Shown: positions 27,562 to 37,317, counted from the stretch's first letter. The stretch is DNA of 64,000 nucleotides from Bacillota bacterium (GCA_021324255.1 JAJPJL010000050.1:2836-66835), one strand, 5' to 3'. The notes: generated from the sequence alone by a model not told the origin. Numbers and translations: made by a program.

Positions 27562-27903
27562 GTGATCCTAGCTTTGGTGCTCTTGTCAATTGTGATGGGC
27601 GTTATCGGTCAGTTCTTACTGAAAATCGGGGCCAGCACGCCGGTACATTCGCCCGCCGACCTTTTGCGAGATCTTCTGCGGCCCACGACCGTGGCGGCGC
27701 TCGCGCTGTACGTGGGAGCGACGTGCCTCTGGATCACCGCGCTTTCCAGGGCTCCGCTCAGCTACGTGTACCCGTTGCTTGGGCTCAACTTCATTTTTGT
27801 CGTGGCAATTTCATCAATGATTTTGCATGAACCGGTGTCGATACACCGCTGGCTCGGCGTGGCCTTTGTAGCGATCGGGTTCATCCTCGTGGCAACGAGT
27901 TAG
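27562..27903 (+). CDS. Small 4-TM DMT/SMR-like membrane protein (ArnE/ArnF-like; putative polyprenyl-phosphate-sugar flippase subunit)
   Basis: About 113 aa with four hydrophobic helices (ILALVLLSIVMGVIGQFLLKIG...WLGVAFVAIGFILV). GTG 27562 follows a strong AAGGAGG. It lies immediately upstream of a GT-C-like gene. Confidence 0.6.
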   Translation: MILALVLLSIVMGVIGQFLLKIGASTPVHSPADLLRDLLRPTTVAALALYVGATCLWITALSRAPLSYVYPLLGLNFIFVVAISSMILHEPVSIHRWLGVAFVAIGFILVATS

Positions 27904-27916
27904 CACCGGGGACGAG

Positions 27917-29668
27917 TTGACGCTCGACGGCGCCGGCACTCCCCGGCGGGCAGTACCTACAGATGCGACGCTCGTGACAGAGCGATCTGACGTCGTGGAG
28001 ACCCGTGCGCCCGCACAAACGTGGCGCATCGCGCTGCCGGTGGCCCTCGGCTTGGCCGTGCTTGTCCTGGGGATGTATTTTTTTCGGCTGTCGGCTACGA
28101 ACGCGATCGGCGCTGATCAGGCAGGGTACCTGCTCTACGCCGACGACCTTCTTCGCGGGAACTGGGTGGTTCGAGGCTGGACGTTGCCCGAAGATCCATA
28201 CTGGGTACCCGATGGGTTTCTGTACATAGTCGGTGCGGCGGTTCGAGGCCTAGATCCGGTCATTCTGTACGCCGTGCCCACGCTCGTGTGCCTTGCGCTT
28301 GTCCTCGCGATGGCCGTGGCGGCGACGGTGAAGAGTGTGCCACGGATGGCCATCCCGTTTGTCGCGGTGGCCGCGGTGTTTCCCGTTCTCTTCCCGTCAC
28401 GACACATGGCCTCCGTAATTCTCATGGGGCCATTCCACACAGGCACGATCGTAGTCGCGCTCACCTCGATGGTCGCGCTGTACCTCGCCGGGCGTCCGGG
28501 GGCGCGACCCTCCCGTCGATGGACCTTGGCCGGCGCCACGCTGTTCCTCCTAACGTTGGGCAGGCTGGGCGACCCGTACATGACCATCCTGGCCGTCATT
28601 CCGATCATCCTCGTCTCGGGCGTGCGAGCGCTAGCGTGCAACGATGGAGCGGCACGGTCGTGGCACCTGTTGTCGATGAGCGTCGGCGCGGCATCCTGGC
28701 CCGGATCACTCGGGGCGCAGTGGTTGATGGGGCAACTGGGGGGCGGTACCGTTACGCCGTTCCATCCGACGATCATTCCATACGCAAAAGTCGGGGACGG
28801 TCTCGCCGCCCTGGGCCTCGCCCTGCTCAACCTGGTCGCCGGGAACGTTTTCGACCGCGTTGTCGACGCTTCTCTCATCCCCGCGCTCCTACGACTTGCC
28901 TATCTCGGGGGCGCCCTGCTGGTAACCTGGCTGATCTTGCGCGGGGAAATTCGGGCCGTCTCGCAGGGGCAGCCCGGGGACGACTGGCTCACGGCGGTCC
29001 TCGGCGTTGCCGCCTTGGTCTCCGTGCTTGGCAACATGCTCGGTACGTCAGGCGACGACATTCGTTATCGGGTGCCGCCGTTGGTGATGATGAGCGTTGC
29101 GTGCTCGCGGTGGCTAGGAATACGGTTCGGCTCATGGATTGCCGGCCGGCCGGTTCCCGCCGCTATTGTCGGTCTCGTATTGATCTATTTTGCCGTGGGG
29201 CCGCTCGGACAATATGTCGCCCCGCCGATAGTCGGCCACACGATTCTCCCGGCAGCAATGATGCGCGGTTCCGGTTCAGATCGCGATCTCGGCAGTTGGC
29301 TGGCGCGGCACGGGCTGACATATGGATACGGTGGCTACCCGGAGGCATCGATTGTGACTGTCGTCACGCACGGCGCCGTCAGCGTGCGCCCGGTCGCGTC
29401 CACGCGGGTGAGCCAGCCGGGCTTGGGGCCCTCGCATGTGCCGCCCGCCGATTGGCGTATCACGCCGTACCGGTGGTTGTCATGTGACGCCTGGTACGGA
29501 GCCGGCCACGACGCCAATTTCCTGGTGCTGAACCCCGCACCATCCTGGGACCGGGACGTAGGCGTCGACGTCAGGACGGCGGTCAAGACGTTTGGCCCGC
29601 CCGCGCACATCTACCGGCATGTCGGCAGGTACACGGTGCTCGTGTGGGACGGGCCGATTCATTTTTAA
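27917..29668 (+). CDS. GT-C-fold glycosyltransferase-like membrane protein (ArnT/PMT-like)
   Basis: An N-terminal polytopic region (10 or more helices) has an acidic first loop (GADQAGYLLYADDLLRG), followed by a ~150-aa C-terminal soluble domain. It is paired with an ArnE/F-like gene. Start is uncertain. Confidence 0.5.
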   Translation: MTLDGAGTPRRAVPTDATLVTERSDVVETRAPAQTWRIALPVALGLAVLVLGMYFFRLSATNAIGADQAGYLLYADDLLRGNWVVRGWTLPEDPYWVPDGFLYIVGAAVRGLDPVILYAVPTLVCLALVLAMAVAATVKSVPRMAIPFVAVAAVFPVLFPSRHMASVILMGPFHTGTIVVALTSMVALYLAGRPGARPSRRWTLAGATLFLLTLGRLGDPYMTILAVIPIILVSGVRALACNDGAARSWHLLSMSVGAASWPGSLGAQWLMGQLGGGTVTPFHPTIIPYAKVGDGLAALGLALLNLVAGNVFDRVVDASLIPALLRLAYLGGALLVTWLILRGEIRAVSQGQPGDDWLTAVLGVAALVSVLGNMLGTSGDDIRYRVPPLVMMSVACSRWLGIRFGSWIAGRPVPAAIVGLVLIYFAVGPLGQYVAPPIVGHTILPAAMMRGSGSDRDLGSWLARHGLTYGYGGYPEASIVTVVTHGAVSVRPVASTRVSQPGLGPSHVPPADWRITPYRWLSCDAWYGAGHDANFLVLNPAPSWDRDVGVDVRTAVKTFGPPAHIYRHVGRYTVLVWDGPIHF

Positions 29669-29721
29669 CGTGTCGCACGCACCCTGAGGGCCTGAGTAGG
29701 TTCGAGCTGGTTCGCAGAGGC

Positions 29722-29739
29722 TCGACGCCGGACGGCGTC
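29722..29739 (+). terminator. GC hairpin (GACGCC-GGAC-GGCGTC) after the GT-C-like gene, possible rho-independent-like terminator
   Basis: A 6-bp perfect stem with a 4-nt loop read from the sequence (29724-29739). No U-tract follows. Confidence 0.2.
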
Positions 29740-29815
29740 TCATGGTAGGCTCAGGTAGCGCGATGGGTGGCCCGACTCTCTCGTTCCGCCGAGTGGCGCC
29801 TGGCGTGAAGGGATA

Positions 29816-31054
29816 ATGCCCTTCCGCCTGGCTTACCTGGTCTCTCATCCGATCCAATATCAGGTGCCGCTGCTGCGCCGTCTCGCGGCGCATCCTGACG
29901 TCGACCTGACCGTCTATTACATGGACGATGCGGGCGCGCGGCAGTACCGCGACCCGGAGTTCGGCGTCACCGTCCAGTGGGATCTACCGCTGTTGGACGG
30001 ATACTCCTGGCGCGTGCTCCCCAACCGATCGCCGATTCCACGGGCCGACCATTTTCTGCGTTACCTTCAGCCGTCGGTGATCCGTGCGCTTCGCCGCGGG
30101 CGCTACGACGCCGTGGTCGTGCACGGATACGCGCACGCCACGGAGTGGCTCGCGTTCCTCGGCGCCTGGCTCAGCGGCACGCCGCTCTTGCTGCGCGGCG
30201 AGTCGACGCATCTCGGGCGCCGCCGGTGGGCGCGCGCGGTCAAGCGGCTCGTGCTCGGCCCTGCGCTGCGGCGCATGGCGGGAGTGCTCGCGATCGGCTC
30301 GCTCAACCGTAGATTCTACCGCGCGTATGGCGTGCCCGAGTCCCGGATCTTCTGGGTGCCGTACGCCGTCGACAATGAGCGCTTCATGGCCGAGGCGGAT
30401 CGTCTTGCGCCCGAGCGGCAGGCGCTTCGACGCCTGCTCGGCTGGCCGGACGATCTGCCGGTCGTCCTGTACTCCGGCAAGCTCATCCCCAAAAAGCGGC
30501 CGTTGGATCTCGTCGACGCGTGCGCACGGCTTGGCGTGGACCGCCCCATCGTGCTCGTCTTCATGGGCGACGGCCCGCTGCGCGGCGAGGTCGAGGGAGC
30601 CGCCCGCCGCCGAGGCCTCGCGCACGCGATCGTCACCGGATTCATTAATCAGAGCGAAGTCCCGCGCTACTATGCCGCGGCCGACGTGCTCGCGTTGCCG
30701 TCCGGATACGAGCCATGGGGGCTCGCGCTCAACGAGGGCATGTGCTTTGGGTTGCCGGTCGTGGCGAGCGACGCGGTCGGGGCCGCGCCTGACCTGGTGC
30801 GTGACGGCGAGAACGGGTTCGTGTACCCGGCCGGCGACACCCAGGCGCTTGCGGAGGCGCTCCGGCGCGTGCTGGCGAGCCCGGAGCGGCGGCTGCGGAT
30901 GGGGGCTCGTTCCCGCGAGATCGTGTCCGGGTACTCGTACGAGGCGGACGTGAGGGGCATCCTCGAGGCGCTCCGGAGCGTCGCGGTGCGCGGCCGCGCG
31001 GTGGACCACGGTCGTTCGCAGGACGGCTTCCAACGCACCGGGAGCATCCGGTGA
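29816..31054 (+). CDS. GT4 (GT-B) glycosyltransferase
   Basis: EPWGLALNEGMCFGLPVVASD is the E-x7-E motif. The N-terminal MPFRLAYLVSHPIQY segment is typical of GT4 enzymes. Confidence 0.8.
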   Translation: MPFRLAYLVSHPIQYQVPLLRRLAAHPDVDLTVYYMDDAGARQYRDPEFGVTVQWDLPLLDGYSWRVLPNRSPIPRADHFLRYLQPSVIRALRRGRYDAVVVHGYAHATEWLAFLGAWLSGTPLLLRGESTHLGRRRWARAVKRLVLGPALRRMAGVLAIGSLNRRFYRAYGVPESRIFWVPYAVDNERFMAEADRLAPERQALRRLLGWPDDLPVVLYSGKLIPKKRPLDLVDACARLGVDRPIVLVFMGDGPLRGEVEGAARRRGLAHAIVTGFINQSEVPRYYAAADVLALPSGYEPWGLALNEGMCFGLPVVASDAVGAAPDLVRDGENGFVYPAGDTQALAEALRRVLASPERRLRMGARSREIVSGYSYEADVRGILEALRSVAVRGRAVDHGRSQDGFQRTGSIR

Positions 31055-32610
31055 GTTCCAACTCCGGGATTCGGCGGGCGCTCGTGGGCGCCGTGTGGCT
31101 GAGCGCGACCGGCTACCTGTCCTTTATGCTGAACTTTGGCCTCAACCTGCTGCTCGCGCGGCTCTTGTTTCCCAAGGACTTCGGGCAGTTCGCGCTCGCG
31201 GCGTCGCTCGTCGATCTGTTGTCGCTCATCACCGGGTTCAGCTTTTCCCAGGGCATCATCCAGATGCGCGATACGCCGGCGATCGTGGAGACGGCGTATA
31301 TCCTGAGCGTCCGGTTGTTCTGGGGGCTCATGGGCGTCGGCGCGATCCTGGCGCTCGCGCTCGCGCCGCACTACCCCGGGCCGTTCATCCCGTTGTTCAT
31401 CTCGCTCTTTGCCGTGCGCAACCTGAGCGTGACGACGTACGTCTACTCGGCCACGATGGAGCGTACGTTTCACTACAACCAGATCTCGCGAGTGCGCATC
31501 CTGTCGACCCTCTTGTCGATCGCGGTGGCGCTCGCGCTCGCGCGCGCGGGCGCCGGGGTGTGGAGCCTGCTCGGGCGCGAGCTGGCGTTGTCCGGGGTCA
31601 CGCTCATCGGCACCCGGCTCGCGAGCGGGTGGCGCTACCGGGGCGGGTACGATCCCGAGACGGCGAGGAAGCTCTGGCGGTTCGGCTGGCAGATGTTCTC
31701 GATGCGGGCGCTCGAGACGATCTGGTACCGTGCGGACACGGCGCTGCTCGGCCTCATCAGCGGCACGGTGATGCTCGGATTTTACGATCGCGGGCGCTAC
31801 CTGGCGGAGTTCGGGCACTACATCGTGTCGTTCGGCGCGGTGCAGGTGGCATTTCCGGTGTACGCCCGCCTGCAGGGGCGCCGCGAGGGTCTCACGTACG
31901 CGTACCGGCTGACGCACGGGTTGCTCGTCCGCCTCATGCTCCCCGCGCTCGTCTGGCTCGCGTTGTTCCCGCGCGAGCTCACCGGTCTGCTCTACGGCGC
32001 CGGGGTGCGCTGGGCGGAGACCGCCACGATCCTGCCGTGGCTGGCGGGCTTTGGGTTCCTGTATCCTCTTTCGGAAAACATCAAGGTGCTCTTGCAGGGG
32101 ATCGGCCGGATGCGGGCCGCGACGATGATTCGTCTGTCGCAGGTCGCCGTCGCGCTTCCGCTGCTCGTCCCCGCGATCAAGATGGGCGGCCCTTACGGCG
32201 CCGCCTCCGTCATGTTCGTGAGCGAGGCCGTGGGGCTCGTCGTCGGTTACCGCGCGTTGCGCAAGGAGGTCAGCGGGCTCTACATCCACCACTACTGGCG
32301 TCCCGCGATCGCCGCGGTGGCCGCGGGCCTGATCGTCGCGGTGGGGCGGAGCCTGCACGTGCTTCCCTGGGCGGGGCGGCTCGGATTCGCGGCGAACCTC
32401 GGCGCCGCCGCTGGACTGTACCTCGTCGGCTTGGCCATCGTGGACCGCCAGCAACTGCAAGAGCATCTGCTCGCCATGATCGCGGGGTTTCGCGGCGAGA
32501 CGCCCGCGGCGCTTGCCGCGGCGGCCGATGATATCGACGTGGAAACGGTCGACGCCGGCACAAACGGCCGCCGGGCGGCGGTCGCACCGGCGGCTGACGA
32601 TCCGGCGTGA
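31051..32610 (+). CDS. Wzx-type oligosaccharide flippase (MOP superfamily polysaccharide biosynthesis protein)
   Basis: 519 aa, about 12-14 TM helices, and an N-terminal LLARLLFPKDFGQFALAASLV segment typical of Wzx/RfbX. GTG 31051 overlaps the upstream stop. Confidence 0.7.
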   Translation: MSSNSGIRRALVGAVWLSATGYLSFMLNFGLNLLLARLLFPKDFGQFALAASLVDLLSLITGFSFSQGIIQMRDTPAIVETAYILSVRLFWGLMGVGAILALALAPHYPGPFIPLFISLFAVRNLSVTTYVYSATMERTFHYNQISRVRILSTLLSIAVALALARAGAGVWSLLGRELALSGVTLIGTRLASGWRYRGGYDPETARKLWRFGWQMFSMRALETIWYRADTALLGLISGTVMLGFYDRGRYLAEFGHYIVSFGAVQVAFPVYARLQGRREGLTYAYRLTHGLLVRLMLPALVWLALFPRELTGLLYGAGVRWAETATILPWLAGFGFLYPLSENIKVLLQGIGRMRAATMIRLSQVAVALPLLVPAIKMGGPYGAASVMFVSEAVGLVVGYRALRKEVSGLYIHHYWRPAIAAVAAGLIVAVGRSLHVLPWAGRLGFAANLGAAAGLYLVGLAIVDRQQLQEHLLAMIAGFRGETPAALAAAADDIDVETVDAGTNGRRAAVAPAADDPA

Positions 32611-33752
32611 AGGTCACGGTCTGCGTCGGCGGGACCTGGAACGCCTTCCGGCTTGCCGAACAACTGGACCGGCGCGGCCTGCTCCACCGCTTGGTGACGA
32701 CGCACGCGCCGCGCCGCGGCGAGCGCATTTCCCCCGAACGCATCGTCATCAATCCCGTCCCCGAGATCCTCATGCGCGGCCCGCGGGCGCTCAGGCTGCG
32801 GTGGCAGATCGGCGATTACCTGAAGGCCGTGAGCTTCGACCGCTGGGCCGAGCGCTACGTCCATGACTGCGACGTGCTCGCCGTCTGGGCGCTCTTTGCG
32901 CTCAGGTCCATGCGGGCCGCGCGGCGGCACGGGGTGCGGACCGTCCTACAGCGGGGCTCGACCCACGCGTCGGCGCAGTGGGAGCTGCTGGCCGAGGAGT
33001 ATCGCCGCTGGGGGCACGCGGCGCCGCCCCTGGATCGCCGTCTTCTCGCACGCCAGTTGCAGGAGTACGAGGAAGCCGACTACATCGAGGTGACGAGCCG
33101 CTTCGTCCTCGAGACCTTCCTGGACCGCGGGGTGCCGCGCGAGCGCCTCCTGCACGTGCCGAATCTCGGCATCGATTCGACCCTGTTCCATCCGGCGCCC
33201 CGGGATGCGCGCCCGTTTCGGATCGTGGCCGTCGGGTTGAGCCTGCGAAAAGGGACGCCGTATCTCGTGCAGGCCGTGGCGAAGCTTCGCGTGCCCGACC
33301 TGGAACTGTGGCTGGTCGGCGGGATCCACGCGGATCTCGCGCCGTTCCTGCGAACGGCGGGGGTGGCGTTTCGAGACGTCGGACGGCTCCCGCACTCGGC
33401 GCTCGCGGACGTCTACCGCGCCGGGTCCGTGTTCGTGCTGCCGTCGATCGAGGAGGGGCTGCCCCAGGCCGTGCTGGAAGCGATGGCGAGCGGGTTGCCG
33501 GTGATCATCACGCCCAATACGGGCGGCGAGGACCTGATCGAGCACGGCCGCGAGGGCCTGATCGTCCCGGTGCGCGATCCCGGCGCGATTGCGGACGCGC
33601 TCCTGTCACTGTACGAGGACGAGGACCGGCGCCGCGCGATGGGCGAAGCGGCCGCGGAGAGCGCCCGCGCGTGGACCTGGGACGCGTACGGCGATCGCGC
33701 GGTACGCGCGTACACGGGGTTAGCGAAGGGTGCCGGCGTAGCCCACGCCTAG
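32607..33752 (+). CDS. GT4 (GT-B) glycosyltransferase
   Basis: VFVLPSIEEGLPQAVLEAMASGLPVIIT is the E-x7-E motif region. GTG 32607 overlaps the wzx stop. Confidence 0.8.
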   Translation: MKVTVCVGGTWNAFRLAEQLDRRGLLHRLVTTHAPRRGERISPERIVINPVPEILMRGPRALRLRWQIGDYLKAVSFDRWAERYVHDCDVLAVWALFALRSMRAARRHGVRTVLQRGSTHASAQWELLAEEYRRWGHAAPPLDRRLLARQLQEYEEADYIEVTSRFVLETFLDRGVPRERLLHVPNLGIDSTLFHPAPRDARPFRIVAVGLSLRKGTPYLVQAVAKLRVPDLELWLVGGIHADLAPFLRTAGVAFRDVGRLPHSALADVYRAGSVFVLPSIEEGLPQAVLEAMASGLPVIITPNTGGEDLIEHGREGLIVPVRDPGAIADALLSLYEDEDRRRAMGEAAAESARAWTWDAYGDRAVRAYTGLAKGAGVAHA

Positions 33753-33872
33753 TATGACGGATTCGGGCGCGCCACGTCGCATCTCAGGGGCCGGGGACGA
33801 GTCGGTGGGTAACGGGATCTTCTCTCGAGGCGGGTCCGGCGTGGCCGCCAGGTCATGCCACGCGGGCTTCCG

Positions 33873-35132
33873 ATGAGGGTCCTGCTCCTGACCCCGCACT
33901 ACCTGCCCGAGATCCGGAGCGTGTCCGTTCTCATGTCACAGCTCGCGGACGATCTCGGTGCGGCCGGGTACGATGTGACGGTCTTGACGCCGTATCCGCC
34001 CGTCAACATGGCGGAGGCGCACACGGGTCCAGTCGCGGCTTGCGAGCAGCGCGGCCGCGTGCGCATTCTCCGGGTTCAGGTGCCGCCGTTCGTCAAGGTC
34101 GCGCCCGTCGTGCGCGCGCTGACCCACTTCACGCTCGCCGCCGGGATGGCGGTCGCCGGCTTCCGCGAGGGCCGGCACGACGTGATGATCGCGTACTCGC
34201 CCCCGCTCACGCTGGCGCTCGCGTGCGAGATCCTCGGGCGCTGGTGGCGCGCCCCGTACATCTTGAACGTGCAGGACGTGTACCCGCAGGCGCTGATCGA
34301 CCTGGGGCTCGCGCGGCACCGCGCCGTCGTGGCAGTCCTCAACTGGCTCGAGCGGCGCGCGTACCGGCACGCGGCGGCGGTCACCGTGCACTCCCCGGGC
34401 AATCGCGCCCTCGTGGCCGCGCGCGGGGTCCCGGACGAGAAGATCACGGTCGTCCACAACTGGATCGACACCACGGAGACGGTCCCGGGTCCCCGCCGTA
34501 ACGGATACCGGGACGAGTTCGGGCTCGGCAACGCGTTCGTCGTGCTGTTTGCCGGCGTCATGGGCTACGCGCAGGACATGGCGGTGATGATCGACGCCGC
34601 CACGGCGCTTCGCGACGAGCGGGACATCGTCTTCCTGCTCGTCGGCGACGGGGTGCGGAGGGGGGAGGCGGAGGAGCTCGTCCGCGTCCGGGGGCTGCCC
34701 AACGTTCGATTCGGGCCGTTCCAACCCGTGGAGCGGTATCCGCTGCTGCTCGCCGCCTCAGACTGCTGCCTTGCGACGCTCCAGGCATCGGTGGCAACGC
34801 CCGTGGTCCCGTCGAAGATCGCCGGGATCATGGCGGCCGGGCGCCCCGTCGTTGCGGCGCTCCCCCAGGGCGACGCGCGCGCCCTGGTCGAGGAGTCGGG
34901 CGGCGGGATCTGCGTCGCGCCCGGGGACGGCGCGGCGCTTGCCGCGGCGGTCCGCCGGCTTGCCCGGGATCCCGACCTGTGCCGGACGCTCGGAGAGGCG
35001 GGGCGGATGTACGTCGAGGCGCATTACGCCCGCGGCGTCGCGACGAGCGCGTACGACCGGCTGATCAGGCGCGTCGCAACGCCGGCAGCGGCCGGTCGGG
35101 ACATCTCCGGACGCGGGTCGTCCGGCGTGTGA
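33873..35132 (+). CDS. GT4 (GT-B) glycosyltransferase (WcaI-like)
   Basis: MRVLLLTPHYLPE is the N-terminus, with a C-terminal GT-B donor-binding fold. ATG 33855 is the alternative start. Confidence 0.8.
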   Translation: MRVLLLTPHYLPEIRSVSVLMSQLADDLGAAGYDVTVLTPYPPVNMAEAHTGPVAACEQRGRVRILRVQVPPFVKVAPVVRALTHFTLAAGMAVAGFREGRHDVMIAYSPPLTLALACEILGRWWRAPYILNVQDVYPQALIDLGLARHRAVVAVLNWLERRAYRHAAAVTVHSPGNRALVAARGVPDEKITVVHNWIDTTETVPGPRRNGYRDEFGLGNAFVVLFAGVMGYAQDMAVMIDAATALRDERDIVFLLVGDGVRRGEAEELVRVRGLPNVRFGPFQPVERYPLLLAASDCCLATLQASVATPVVPSKIAGIMAAGRPVVAALPQGDARALVEESGGGICVAPGDGAALAAAVRRLARDPDLCRTLGEAGRMYVEAHYARGVATSAYDRLIRRVATPAAAGRDISGRGSSGV

Positions 35133-35205
35133 ACCGTGCGGGCGACTTGACCGCGCAGCGGAGTTCATGTACTATCCATGGGACTTCATGAAGGAGCGTC
35201 GCGGG

Positions 35206-35460
35206 ATGGTTGAACGTGTGCCGCTTCAAGTCTACATCGAGCAGTCTACCGCGCGCCGGCTGCGCCACGAGGCCGGGCGCCGCCGGATATCGCAGTCCGA
35301 ACTGGTCCGCCAGTTTATCGCGAGGGGTCTGGAAGAAGCGCCATCGGGCCCCGGGGATTCCTTGGACCGCATTATCGGCATGGCCGAGAGTCACGTTGGC
35401 GATGTGGCCGCGAGGCATGACGACTATCTCGCGGACAGTTATCGCGATCTTCAGCGGTGA
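35206..35460 (+). CDS. Ribbon-helix-helix antitoxin (VapB/CopG-like)
   Basis: RVPLQVYIEQSTARRLRHEAGRRRISQSELVRQFIARGL has an RHH beta-strand followed by helices. ATG 35206 follows AAGGAG. It sits directly upstream of a PIN toxin with a 4-nt overlap. Confidence 0.6.
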   Translation: MVERVPLQVYIEQSTARRLRHEAGRRRISQSELVRQFIARGLEEAPSGPGDSLDRIIGMAESHVGDVAARHDDYLADSYRDLQR

Positions 35461-35882
35461 CATCGCTCTTTGTCGATACGGCGGCGTGGATCGCTCTTAC
35501 CGACAAATCAGATCAGCATCATCATCCTGCGACACGGTTCTATCGGACGCCCGCGATGAGCACGGCAAGGCTCATTACATCGAGCTTGGTGCTGGCGGAG
35601 AGCTACGCGCTACTGCGCCGGACGCTCCCGATCCATCGTGCGATCGACTGGCTCGAGCAGCTTCTTGCGTCATCGCGGCTCGAGGTCGTCTACGACACGC
35701 CGGAAATCCTCCGGCGCTCGCTCCGGGTGCTCGCTCGTCACGCGGACCACGCGTTCTCGCTTGTCGATGCGGTGTCAATGCAGGTCATGCAAGACCGTGA
35801 CGTGCGTGCGGTCTTTACGTTCGACCGCCACTTCGAGATCGCCGGCTATGCGGTCCTGCCGGGCGCGTCAACGTCTCCGTAG
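35457..35882 (+). CDS. PIN-domain ribonuclease toxin (VapC)
   Basis: LFVDTAAWIAL carries the first PIN acidic residue. FDRHF near the C-terminus is typical of VapC. Confidence 0.75.
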   Translation: MTSLFVDTAAWIALTDKSDQHHHPATRFYRTPAMSTARLITSSLVLAESYALLRRTLPIHRAIDWLEQLLASSRLEVVYDTPEILRRSLRVLARHADHAFSLVDAVSMQVMQDRDVRAVFTFDRHFEIAGYAVLPGASTSP

Positions 35883-35944
35883 AGGCGTTGAGACGCGGAC
35901 ACCGACGCGGCCGCGGAGGACGGTATGAGAGCCGTGCACATCGA

Positions 35945-36424
35945 ATGGGAATGAGTCGAGGCGACGCCATGTCGGTGACTCGGAGATCCCAAGGATCGCC
36001 GGTCGCGGATCCCCTCCGCGCCCTGCGGGATTTTTTTGCCCGCAGGGCGCCGGACGAAGTGCTGGCGGCGTATCTCTTCGGTAGCAGAGCTCACGGGGCG
36101 GGAATGCCGTTGAGCGATTTCGACGTTGGTCTGGTCCTCGATCCAAAGGATCGATCTGATCCGCGGATGCGCTTTGATCTCCGGGTGGACGTGACGGGAG
36201 AACTGATCCAGGCGCTCGACTGGAACGATGTTGATGTTGTGGTGCTGAACGACGTGCCTCCCACGCTCGCTGCGCGAGCAGCCACGGAGGGCACGCCCTT
36301 GTTCTGCCGTGACGCGCGGCGCCTCCGGGAATTCGTCCGGGACGTCCAGTTGATGGCAGCGGACCTCCGTCCGTTTCTCCAGCGCATGGAAAAGCGGTTG
36401 CTCGAGCGGCTCAGCACCTCGTGA
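35945..36424 (+). CDS. Nucleotidyltransferase-domain protein (MNT/Pol-beta superfamily)
   Basis: LFGSRAHGAGMPLSDFDVGLV matches the GS-x9-13-DxD signature of minimal nucleotidyltransferases. No HEPN partner is evident. Confidence 0.55.
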   Translation: MGMSRGDAMSVTRRSQGSPVADPLRALRDFFARRAPDEVLAAYLFGSRAHGAGMPLSDFDVGLVLDPKDRSDPRMRFDLRVDVTGELIQALDWNDVDVVVLNDVPPTLAARAATEGTPLFCRDARRLREFVRDVQLMAADLRPFLQRMEKRLLERLSTS

Positions 36425-36481
36425 CCTATCTCAATGAGTTATACTTAGTATGACCCGACTAATCTTGGAGGGCGTCGTACC

Positions 36482-36730
36482 GTGGGACGGTCCACGAAGG
36501 TCGTTGCGTTTTCCATTCCGCCCGCCATTGCACGGGAGATTGAGCGGACGGCCAAGGCCGAGCAGAAGACCAAGAGCGAGCTGCTTCGAGACATGTGGGA
36601 AGCGTACCGGACGGTTCGTGAACAGGAGGAGTTGTCTCGGATTCAGCGGTCCGCTCAGCGCGCCGCGCGGACGGCGGGCGTTGCCATTCGTACCGAGGAC
36701 GACGTGGATCGAATTCTGCACGAGCGGTAG
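36482..36730 (+). CDS. Ribbon-helix-helix (CopG/Arc) antitoxin
   Basis: KVVAFSIPPAIAREIERTAKAEQKTKSELLRDMWE is a canonical RHH fold. GTG 36482 follows GGAGGG. Confidence 0.6.
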   Translation: MGRSTKVVAFSIPPAIAREIERTAKAEQKTKSELLRDMWEAYRTVREQEELSRIQRSAQRAARTAGVAIRTEDDVDRILHER

Positions 36731-36733
36731 CTC

Positions 36734-37138
36734 GTGCCGCGGGTCGTCTTTGACACGAATGTTTTCGTCTCGGTCCTCTTTGGAGGGTTTCCCGAGGAAG
36801 CATATCGCGCGGCGCTGGGCAGGCGATGCTTGCTCGTGGTGTCGTCGGCCATTCTCGCCGAGGTCGCGAGGGTCCTTCGTGATACGTTCGCGATGCCGGA
36901 TGCTGACATTGTCGCCTACGTGAGACAGATTGGACGCATTGCCGAAATCGTGCGCCCAGCCCGGTCGGTCAACGTCCTTCACGACGATGGGGACAATCGC
37001 GTTTTGGAATGTGCCGGCGCAGGCAAAGCCGACCTCATTGTGTCGGGAGACCGAAATTTGCTGCGGCTGAAGCAGTATGGCTCCATACCGGTGATACGCC
37101 CGGAGGGGTTGGTCCGGACCTTGGGGCCTCGAGACTGA
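36734..37138 (+). CDS. PIN-domain toxin (PIN_3/VapC-like)
   Basis: VVFDTNVFVS is the N-terminal PIN motif, and a second acidic cluster lies at HDDGDNRVLE. It sits 3 nt after the RHH gene. Confidence 0.7.
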   Translation: MPRVVFDTNVFVSVLFGGFPEEAYRAALGRRCLLVVSSAILAEVARVLRDTFAMPDADIVAYVRQIGRIAEIVRPARSVNVLHDDGDNRVLECAGAGKADLIVSGDRNLLRLKQYGSIPVIRPEGLVRTLGPRD

Positions 37139-37317
37139 GATGGGATGACCTACCACCGCGTGTTCCTCGAGCGCGGCGGCGGGCACCGCGGACGAATCGC
37201 AAGAGAAATCGGAGTATACGTGGCGGGCGCGCCATAACGCCGTCAGTGCGCAGGAGATTACGTCCAGAGGGCCTAATCTGAGGCGGGGTGTGCGTGCGCG
37301 GGGGTATGGATGCGTAG

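Noticed and set aside
30670-32466. 598-aa minus-strand ORF opposite GT4 and wzx
   Set aside because: It is an extreme Arg/Pro/His/Glu low-complexity translation. The sense strand encodes a clear GT4 and a Wzx flippase.
35945-36424. HEPN-MNT toxin-antitoxin pair
   Set aside because: The nucleotidyltransferase (MNT-like) gene is present, but I could not find a HEPN (Rx4-6H) partner ORF adjacent on either strand. I report it as a solo nucleotidyltransferase-domain protein.
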